Assembly: GCA_965116475.1 (NCBI GenBank)
Contig: OZ220691.1
Span: 224,001-288,000 of the forward strand
DNA from: Gemmatimonadota bacterium
Lineage (GTDB): Bacteria > Gemmatimonadota > Gemmatimonadetes > Palauibacterales > Palauibacteraceae
Direction: 5' to 3'
Length of the DNA: 64,000 nucleotides
Shown here: piece after piece, positions 57,128 to 64,000 of the stretch
Position numbering within the stretch: the first letter of the stretch is position 1
Layout: each line of letters opens with the position of its first letter
Made by a program: the position numbers and the translations under genes
Notes under the pieces: model-generated
What the model was told of the DNA's origin: nothing
The model's input: only the letters and a program-made list of their open reading frames with translations
The model's database searches: none

Positions 57128-58536
57128 CGTCCACCTCCTGACCGGTTGCCGGGATCCCGCTCGTCGCCGGAGTCGTCTTCGTCGTCGGCCTCGCCGAGCA
57201 TCTCTCTCAGCTCCGCCTTCTCGGCCGCGATCTCGGCCCGCAGCGCCATGTCCGCGTCGATATCGAACACCACGTCGCCGTCGATATACGTCGTCCGGAC
57301 CCTCGCGTAGGAGGAGAGCGGATAGTTCTCCCACAGGACGATGTCCGCGTCCTTCCCCGCCGCCAGGGACCCCACGCGGTCGTCGATCATGAGCTGGATC
57401 GCCGGGTTGATGGTGACGGTGGCGAGGGCCTCGGCCTCGCTCAGGCCACCCCACTTCATCGTCTTGGCGGCTTCCTGGTTGAGGTGCCGTCCCTCTTCTC
57501 CGCTGTCGGAGTTGATGGAGACGTTGACGCCGCGCTGCGTCATGATCGCCGCGTTGTGCGGAATCGCCTCGTAGGCCTCCATCTTGTACGCCCACCAGTC
57601 CGAGAACGTGGAGGCGTGGGCCCCGTGCTCCGCCATCTCGTCGGCCACGCGATAGCCTTCGAGGACGTGCTGGAACACGTGGATGCGGAAGCCGAATTCC
57701 TCGGCCACCCGCATGAGCTGCAGGATCTCGTCGGCGCGGTAGCTGTGCGCGTGTACGTAGCGCGTGCCTTCGAGGACCTCGACGAGCGGATCCATGGTCA
57801 GGTTGCGGCGCGGCGGGATCGCGTCGCGGTCGCCGTCGGCCACGCGCGCCCGGTAGGCGTCCCACTCGGCCTTGTACTCGGTGGCCTCGATGAAGGCCTG
57901 CCGGACCACGTCCATCACGCCCATGCGGGAGGCGGGATAGCGCGCCTCCTGTCCGGGAAGCGTGGGGCTGCCGGCCCGCTTCGGGTTCTCGCCGAGGGCG
58001 AACTTGATGGTGGGCGGCGCGCCCTGGAAGAGCAGACCCTGCGCGTCCGCGCCCCAGCGGTGCTTGATGACGGCGTTGTTCCCGCCGATCGGATTCGCGC
58101 TCCCGTGCATGACGTGCGATGTCGTCGTGCCGCCCGCCGCCTCGCGGTAGATCGCGATGTCGGTCGGGTCGATCACGTCGTGGATCGACACCATGGAGGA
58201 GACGGAGACCGCCCCCTCGTTGATCGCGTCGGCCGCGATGTGGGAGTGGGCGTCGACGATGCCGGGTGTGATGAACTTGCCCGTCGCGTCGATGACCGTC
58301 GCGCCGGAGGGCGCCTCCACCTCGGAGGCCGGACCGACGGCGACGATGCGCCCGCCCTCGAACAGGATGGCGCCGTCCTCGATCCGCCCGGCTTCCGCCG
58401 CGGTGAGAATCGTGGCGCCCGTGATGAGGATCGGCTGCTCCTGCGCGGCCGCCCCGACCGGAACCGCGAAGGCGAGGCCGAGCGCCAGGCACCCGGCTGC
58501 GACCCGTCCGGCAGCCCGTATCGTCGCATATCTCAT
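57124..58536 (-). CDS. Exported amidohydrolase family protein with intact metal-binding motifs
   Basis: PGIVDAHSH, KFALGENPK, HAHSYRADE, FQHVLEGY, INSDS, GSLAAGKDAD. Confidence 0.9.
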   Translation of the reverse strand: MRYATIRAAGRVAAGCLALGLAFAVPVGAAAQEQPILITGATILTAAEAGRIEDGAILFEGGRIVAVGPASEVEAPSGATVIDATGKFITPGIVDAHSHIAADAINEGAVSVSSMVSIHDVIDPTDIAIYREAAGGTTTSHVMHGSANPIGGNNAVIKHRWGADAQGLLFQGAPPTIKFALGENPKRAGSPTLPGQEARYPASRMGVMDVVRQAFIEATEYKAEWDAYRARVADGDRDAIPPRRNLTMDPLVEVLEGTRYVHAHSYRADEILQLMRVAEEFGFRIHVFQHVLEGYRVADEMAEHGAHASTFSDWWAYKMEAYEAIPHNAAIMTQRGVNVSINSDSGEEGRHLNQEAAKTMKWGGLSEAEALATVTINPAIQLMIDDRVGSLAAGKDADIVLWENYPLSSYARVRTTYIDGDVVFDIDADMALRAEIAAEKAELREMLGEADDEDDSGDERDPGNRSGGGR

Positions 58537-60244
58537 CGGACACCTCCTCCGGGCCTCGTGCCCGTGAAGTCCATGTTGCGCGCACCTCCGAAGGAAGCGT
58601 TCCCCTCGATCGCATCGCCTTCGACCGTGCCGGTGTAGACGATCTCCACTTCCATGCCCGGTCCCATCGTGGCCGAAGCCGTGATGCTGAACTCGTTGCC
58701 GCTCACCCAGCCGTCGGTGATCCGCTGCTCGCCGCGCTCGCCCTGGATCGTGCCGGAGATCGTGCCGTCCTCCGATACCTCGAGTTCGGCCGTCGCTTCC
58801 TGCGAGTCGTTGTTCAGGGAGAGGAGCCAGGTCCCGTTCATGTCGACCGCCGGGGGCTCCGTGGGACGCGGCTCGGGCGCTTCCTCCTCGAACCGGTGGC
58901 CGTCGACGAACACCATCCGAATGTCGGTGTCCTCGTCGAACAGCGGGCCGTCCGTGACGACGAGGTTCGCGATCTTGCCCGCCTCGACCGAGCCGAGCAT
59001 CGCGTCCACGCCGTAGATGCGGGCGGGCGCGGCGGTGAGCGCCTCCAGCGCCGCCTCCTCGGAGAGCCCGTTCTCGATCGCGGTCCGCACCTTGTCCATC
59101 ATGGCGCGGGGGCTCCCGGCCGAGCCGCTGTAGAAGGCCCATTCGACGCCCGCCTGCTCGAGCCGGGCCGGCGTCGTCGGCGCGTAGGCGCGGCGCTTCA
59201 GCGACGAGAGCGACTCGTCGGCTTCCGGATCCGCGTCGCGGTTCCGCTCCGGCCAGTCCACGTTCACGAGCACCTGGGCGCCCGCGGCGGCGATCTCGTC
59301 GGCGAGCCCGTACGCCTCGTGCGCGCCCTGAAGGACCGGCCGCGTGCCCGTGTCGCGCCCGAGCTTGATCGCGCGCCGGATCTGCCGCACCTCGTTCGCC
59401 GGCATGACCGTGGGCCACCCGCCGGCGATCGCATCCTGGATCGGGCCGAGCGCCCGGTCGTAGGTGGGCCTCGGCTGGCCGCTCGGGTTGGCCGTGTAGC
59501 GCGCCTCGTACTGCCGGCTGTGATCGGCGTCGAGGTAGAGTTGCCGGATGTAGGCGATGACGCCCATGAGCGAACCCGGGAAGCTCCGGAATCCGCCGGC
59601 TCCGCTCATCGTCACGCGGAGCGCCGCGGGCGCCTTCACGACCATCTCCTGCTCGTCGCCCGCGAGGTTCACGACGACGCCCTGCCCCGTCACGATCCCG
59701 TCGTCCGGGGCCACCAGAGCGTTCGTGAACCCGCCGCTGCGCCACGTCTCGATCGCGTCGGCGTCCGGGTCCAGCATGTCGGCCGCGTTGATCCAGGAGT
59801 TCGTCGCCGGACGGTCCTCGGGTCCCACGGTGCGGGGCTGGTTCGCCTGCTCGGCAAACACGGCAAAGGGGTTGCCTCCGCCGCCGCCTCCGGGGTGCCC
59901 GCCTGCGAGGCCATCCCGACCTGGGACAACCCGTCGAACAGGCCGGGATAGACGGTCAGGCCCGAGACGTCGATCGCCCAGGCGTCGCCGGGGACCTCGA
60001 CATCGGCTCCCACGGCTTCGATGAGGCCGTTGGCGATGACGACGGTGCCGTTCTCGATCACGGCGCCCGTGCCGGTCACGATGCGCGCGTTCTGGAGGGC
60101 GAAGAACGGGGGAGGCACCGGGGCCTGGCTCGGCATGTACTGCGCGTCGGCGGGCGCCGGGGCCGCGAGGCCCGACAGCGACGCGAGGAGCAGTCCCGGG
60201 ACCACCCCGCCCGCCAGCCGGCGCGCGAGTGCGGTTCGGTTCAT
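58533..60244 (-). pseudogene. Exported amidohydrolase family gene split by a one-base frameshift near 59892-59895 (pseudogene or sequencing error)
   Basis: N-terminal half (signal, YPGLFDG) in the 60244 frame; C-terminal half (GSVEAGKIANLVV) in the 59861 frame; the offset of 383 nt needs one more base. Confidence 0.8.
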
Positions 60245-60265
60245 GAGAAGTACATCCTTCCGAAT

Positions 60266-60320
60266 GGGTCCATCACGGGGTCCATCACGGGTCCATCACG
60301 GGTCCATCACGGTCCATCGC
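60266..60320. repeat. Five tandem 10-12 bp repeats, consensus GGGTCCATCAC, upstream of the amidohydrolase operon
   Basis: GGGTCCATCAC G GGGTCCATCAC GGGTCCATCAC GGGTCCATCAC GGTCCATCGC. Confidence 0.9.
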
Positions 60321-60416
60321 GCGGAAACATGCCTCCGCGCATCCCTTCACAACACGCCAGGGCAAATCTCCGTTCAGTCCCGCGCGCGGTCAACGCCGCC
60401 GCGGCGCCGACGAAGG

Positions 60417-60815
60417 CTATCCGACGGTTCGGACCAGTCCGGACTCGATGATGCGGCGGTCCCGGGTCAGAAGCGTGGCGCCCAGGGCCCTGGCCGTCGC
60501 GACGATCGTCCTGTCCGCGGGATCGCGGTGGAACGAATCCGGCAGGGCCGCGATCTCCGAAGCGATGGCCGGCGATATCCCCTGCCGCCGAACCAGCGGA
60601 GGCGCCACGGCCTTCTCCAGCCAGTCGCGCAGCGGGATCGACAGCCGGATCCGGCCGAGACCGCACAGCGTCGCCACCTCCAGGAGAGAAATATCCGAAA
60701 CGATCAGGGGCGTCCGGCCGTCGGCCGCTTCGATGATCTCCCGTTGGGCCGCGGAGAGGCGACCCGAATCCTCGAACCACCAGATCAGGATGTGCGTGTC
60801 CAGCAGCGGCGTCAC
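60417..60815 (-). CDS. vapC: Type II toxin-antitoxin system VapC (PIN domain) toxin
   Basis: LLDTHILIWW, ISLLEVA, HRDPADRTIVATA, LLTRD; GTGA overlap with the antitoxin. Confidence 0.92.
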   Translation of the reverse strand: MTPLLDTHILIWWFEDSGRLSAAQREIIEAADGRTPLIVSDISLLEVATLCGLGRIRLSIPLRDWLEKAVAPPLVRRQGISPAIASEIAALPDSFHRDPADRTIVATARALGATLLTRDRRIIESGLVRTVG

Positions 60816-61051
60816 TTCCCCAGCATCTCCCAGTGTTCCTCGGGAATCGCCGGCCCGACGATATCGCCGTGCACGGTAACGGTCCCGATCAACTCCTCCT
60901 GCGGGTACTCGGAGGCGGAATGGCTTGGCGGGACAAGTTCGGCGACCGGCCGACCCCGTTTCAGGATGACGATCCGTTCACCGGTATCGCGCACCCTGTC
61001 GAGGATCGCCAGGCACCTGGCTTTGAAGTCGGAAGCGTTGATCGTTTCCAT
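60812..61051 (-). CDS. Phd/YefM family antitoxin
   Basis: INASDFKARCLAILDRV..TGERIVILKRGRPVAELVP. Confidence 0.92.
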   Translation of the reverse strand: METINASDFKARCLAILDRVRDTGERIVILKRGRPVAELVPPSHSASEYPQEELIGTVTVHGDIVGPAIPEEHWEMLGK

Positions 61052-61087
61052 ATGACCAGACTTGACGACCAGTCATCCGATTGTCAA
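61052..61087 (-). promoter_or_regulatory. Probable promoter/operator of the toxin-antitoxin operon (possibly leaderless)
   Basis: TTGACA at 61087-61082 on the minus strand, 30 nt before the ATG; no SD; ATGAC...GTCAT inverted and GACCAG direct repeats. Confidence 0.5.
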
Positions 61088-61152
61088 CCCTCGGCTCCTC
61101 CGAGTCCTGGTATTGGTTTGGCGGAGGAGGACGCGCGCGTTACGGTGGGGGC

Positions 61153-62604
61153 ATGGAACACGCTCAGCTTCCATCGGACGGTCTCGTGGTCGTCGTCAAG
61201 CGGGACTGCCCTACCTGCCAACTCGTCGAACCCGCGCTTGAGCGGCTCGCGGCCGACCCCGGCGGCCTGGCCGTCTTCAGCCAGGACGACCCGGGCTTCC
61301 CCGCCGCCGTCCCGGGTGTCATCGACGACACGGCACTCGAACACTCGTTCCGGCTCGACGTAGAGACGGTTCCCACGCTCGTGCGCTTCGAGGGCGGGCA
61401 AGAGGTGGGCCGCGCGGTGGGGTGGAACCGGGCGGAGTGGCGCGACCTGACGTCGACGCCGGACCTGGGCGCGGAACTGCCCGAGTTCCAGCCGGGCTGC
61501 GGTTCCCGGTCCGTGGAACCCGGCGCGGCGGAGCGGCTGCGGGCGCGCTTCGGCGAGACCGGCATCGAAGCGCGACAGGTGGCGCTGGACCCGCATGCGG
61601 ACGCCGTGGAGGCCTGCTTCGAGCGCGGGTGGACGGACGGACTGCCCGTCGTCCCGCCGACTCCGGAGCGGATCCTGCGCATGCTCGCGGGCACGCCCCG
61701 GGCTCCGGACGAGGTCGTGGGCGCGGTGCCGCCGGACTACGCGGAGTGCACGGTCGAGAAGGTGGCGATCAACGCCGTGCTCGCGGGCTGCAAACCGGAG
61801 TACATGCCCGTCCTGCTCGCCGCGCTCGAGGCCGCGCTCGACCCGGGCTTCACGCTGCACGGCATTCTGTGCAGCACGTGCTTCACGTCGCCTCTCATCA
61901 TCGTCAACGGCCCCATCGCCCGCCGCATCGGGATGAACGCGGGACTCAACGTCCTCGGGCAGGGGAACCGAGCCAACGCCACCATCGGCCGGGCGCTCAA
62001 CCTCATCGTGCGCAACGTCGGCGGCGGCCGGCCCGGCGAGATCGACCGATCCACCTTCGGGGCGCCGAGCAAGTACACGTTCTGCTTCGCGGAGGACGAG
62101 TCGGACGACGAATGGGAGCCGCTCTCGGTGGCGCGCGGCCTCCCGCGCGGGGCCAGCGCCGTCACGCTCTTCCAGGGCGAGGGCGTGCAGGGGGTCATGG
62201 ACCAGCGCTCCCGCACGCCCGAGGAGTTGACCGCGTCGCTGGCGGCGTGCCTGCTGGCCGTCTGCCACCCGAAGATCTGCGAGTGGGCGCACGCGGTGCT
62301 GCTCCTTTCGCCGGAGCATTACGGTATCTACCGGGCGGCGGGCTGGGACCGGGCGCGGATCACCAAGGCGCTGCTCGAGGCGACGACGCGGCCGCTGAGC
62401 GAGGTGGCGCGCGGCGCGGGAGGCCTCGCCGAGGGCGTGCCGGATTCGGAGACGCGCCGCCACGTGCCCAAGTTCCTGCCCGGTGGACTGCTCCTCGCCC
62501 GGGCCGGCGGCGCGGCCGGACTGTACTCCGCCATCCTGGCCGGCTGGCCCGGCGGCCGCGCCTGGCAGCACTCATACCCCATCACGAGAGAGATCGACAC
62601 ATGA
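61153..62604 (+). CDS. Thioredoxin-like (CPTC) domain fused to an uncharacterised domain; partner of the UGSC selenoprotein
   Basis: VVVKRDCPTC...VETVPTL; PGCGS; RGWTDGLPVVPPT, EKVAINAVLAGCKPEY, GNRANATIGRA; ATGA overlap with next gene. Confidence 0.8.
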   Translation: MEHAQLPSDGLVVVVKRDCPTCQLVEPALERLAADPGGLAVFSQDDPGFPAAVPGVIDDTALEHSFRLDVETVPTLVRFEGGQEVGRAVGWNRAEWRDLTSTPDLGAELPEFQPGCGSRSVEPGAAERLRARFGETGIEARQVALDPHADAVEACFERGWTDGLPVVPPTPERILRMLAGTPRAPDEVVGAVPPDYAECTVEKVAINAVLAGCKPEYMPVLLAALEAALDPGFTLHGILCSTCFTSPLIIVNGPIARRIGMNAGLNVLGQGNRANATIGRALNLIVRNVGGGRPGEIDRSTFGAPSKYTFCFAEDESDDEWEPLSVARGLPRGASAVTLFQGEGVQGVMDQRSRTPEELTASLAACLLAVCHPKICEWAHAVLLLSPEHYGIYRAAGWDRARITKALLEATTRPLSEVARGAGGLAEGVPDSETRRHVPKFLPGGLLLARAGGAAGLYSAILAGWPGGRAWQHSYPITREIDT

Positions 62605-63164
62605 CCGCTCCGACCGCGGGCAGCCCTCCGACACCGGCGACGCCGGCGACTGTCCTCCACGACCCCACCTCCGAACTCGCCCCCGAGATGCGCCCGCGGC
62701 GCGCGCCTCCTCCGTCGCTCGAAGGACGGGTGGTGGCGCTCCAGGGGATCGGAAAGCTCCGCAGCGACGAGTTCCTCGACCACGTGAAGGCGCGGCTCGA
62801 AGCGCGCGGCATCGCGACGATCCGCACCGACAAGCCGACCAACGCCCGGCGGGCATCGACCGAACTCCTGCAGAGGATCGCCACCGAGGCCGATGTCGTG
62901 GTGCAGGCGCTGGCCGATTGAGGGTCCTGCACGTCGTGCGGTCTGCACGACCTCAGAGACCTCGATGAACGCGGGATCCCCGGCTGCTTCGTCGTCACGA
63001 CCGAGTTCGAGGAAGCCGCGCGCAGCCAGTCCCGCTCGCTCGGCTTCGAGCCCGGCATCGTCTGGGTCCCGCACCCGATCCAGAACCGCACCGCGGCGGA
63101 ACTCGAGGCGCTGGCCGAGGAGGCGATCGACCCGATTCTGGCCATGATCACCACCACGGACTGA
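62601..63164 (+). CDS. UGSC family selenoprotein (Sec at codon 107; 187 aa)
   Basis: In-frame TGA 62919-62921 reads ALAD-U-GSCTSCG; the frame stays open with high GC3 to TGA 63162-63164. Confidence 0.88.
62933..62951 (+). promoter_or_regulatory. Putative bacterial SECIS element
   Basis: GTCGTGC-GGTCT-GCACGAC perfect 7-bp stem starting 11 nt after the UGA, loop beginning GG. Confidence 0.78.
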
Positions 63165-63309
63165 CCCCGACTGATCCCCCGGCGGTCCGACCGGCCGGGC
63201 CGGACCGTCTCTCGCGGGCGCGTGCCCGGAACCCTCGGACTTGCTCACGGCGTCGAAAGCCGTCTATTTGGCAGCAGCAGGATCGAGACTGAAACAGCCA
63301 GGAGGCCGC

Positions 63310-64000
63310 ATGCCGACCCGCCGACGATTCCTCGCCCGCCTCGGGGGCTCCGCCGCAGCCGCCGGAGCCATGACCATGGTTCCCACGAAGTGGAGCACCG
63401 CAGTCGCGGCGGCCCGCGACCTGTCCCGCACGCCCGGCTCCGCCGAGGAGATCGCGCGCGACGAGGAGTTCTGGCTCGAGATCCAGAAGGCGTTCACCAC
63501 CGACCGTTCCCTCGTCAACCTCAATAACGGGGGCGTGAGCCCGACGCCCGCCCACGTGCTCGAGGCGATGAAGCGGGACCTCGACTTCGCGAACCAGATC
63601 CCGGTCTACAACGGGTGGCAGATCCTCGAGCCGCAGCGGGAGGGCGTCCGCGCCCGGCTCGCCCGGCAGTGGGACGTGGACCCGGAGGAAGTCGCGATCA
63701 CGCGCAACGCCTCGGAGGGCCTCCAGATCCTCCAGAACGGGTACGACCTCGAGCGCGGCGACGAAGTCGTGACGACGACCCAGGACTACGGGCGCATGAT
63801 CACGACGTTCCAGCAGCGCGAGCGCCGCGAGGGGATCGTCATGAAGCAGTTCAAGATCCCGGTCCCGGCCGAGGATCCGGCCGAGATCGTGCGGCTGTTC
63901 GAGGAGCAGATCACCGACCGCACGCGGCTCATCCTCATGTGCCACATGATCAACATCACCGGGCAGATCCTCCCCGTGCGCGAGGTCGTGGAGATGGCGC
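63310..64000 (+). CDS. Aminotransferase class V (cysteine desulfurase / isopenicillin N epimerase-like) with Tat-like signal, 3' partial
   Basis: AGGAGG RBS; MPTRRRFL; VNLNNGGVSP, EEVAITRNASEG, GDEVVTT.QDY; runs off the window end and is absent from the ORF track. Confidence 0.87.
   Translation, partial: MPTRRRFLARLGGSAAAAGAMTMVPTKWSTAVAAARDLSRTPGSAEEIARDEEFWLEIQKAFTTDRSLVNLNNGGVSPTPAHVLEAMKRDLDFANQIPVYNGWQILEPQREGVRARLARQWDVDPEEVAITRNASEGLQILQNGYDLERGDEVVTTTQDYGRMITTFQQRERREGIVMKQFKIPVPAEDPAEIVRLFEEQITDRTRLILMCHMINITGQILPVREVVEMA

Noticed and set aside
54-59745. Very long N-terminal extensions in the ORF track suggesting fusions (54-1181, 5596-7653, 23888-27529, 36731-39523, 55763-58615, 57124-59745)
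   Set aside because: The extensions run through neighbouring genes in other frames; better starts with RBS or stop/start overlap exist downstream
59860-59900. Programmed -1 ribosomal frameshift in the amidohydrolase gene
   Set aside because: No canonical X XXY YYZ slippery heptamer recognised; indel or sequencing error is simpler
1-64000. Many long ORFs antisense to or out of frame with real genes (e.g. 8968-10848 +, 10511-12646 +, 29728-32421 +, 36644-38959 +, 42294-44183 +, 55361-57310 +)
   Set aside because: Arg/Pro/Gly-rich shadow ORFs typical of high-GC DNA; no motifs, and each overlaps a well-supported gene
1-64000. tRNA (including selC), rRNA, integrase, transposase or prophage genes
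   Set aside because: None recognised; intergenic gaps are short and show no cloverleaf or terminal-repeat signatures by eye

Overview
A high-GC, gene-dense 64 kb bacterial chromosomal segment with about 51 protein-coding genes. I found no rRNA, tRNA, CRISPR array or transposase. The gene content (many lipoproteins and exported proteins, barrel-less carboxypeptidase-regulatory/plug proteins, an exported amidohydrolase trio) suggests a diderm organism, possibly Gemmatimonadota; this is inference only. Housekeeping and metabolic genes include a 2-oxoacid:ferredoxin oxidoreductase cluster, lepB, recQ, an ArfB-like factor, a CzcA-type efflux pump, a PQQ dehydrogenase and a vapBC toxin-antitoxin pair. 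Main findings: (1) two selenoprotein genes that the ORF track splits or truncates at in-frame UGA codons, an AhpD/CMD-like CxxU protein (4965-5534, -) and a UGSC-family protein (62601-63164, +) coupled to a CxxC thioredoxin-fusion partner, each with a SECIS-like hairpin 10-11 nt after the UGA; (2) an ECF sigma factor translationally coupled to an O6-alkylguanine methyltransferase carrying a zinc-finger anti-sigma-like N-terminus; (3) a Fur-box operon encoding a CbiX-like chelatase lipoprotein, an HmuY-like lipoprotein and a TonB receptor; (4) an unannotated 20-aa cationic peptide ORF; (5) two arrays of five ~11-bp repeats in regulatory regions; (6) a one-base frameshift in an amidohydrolase gene. 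All family calls are from motif recognition, not database searches.
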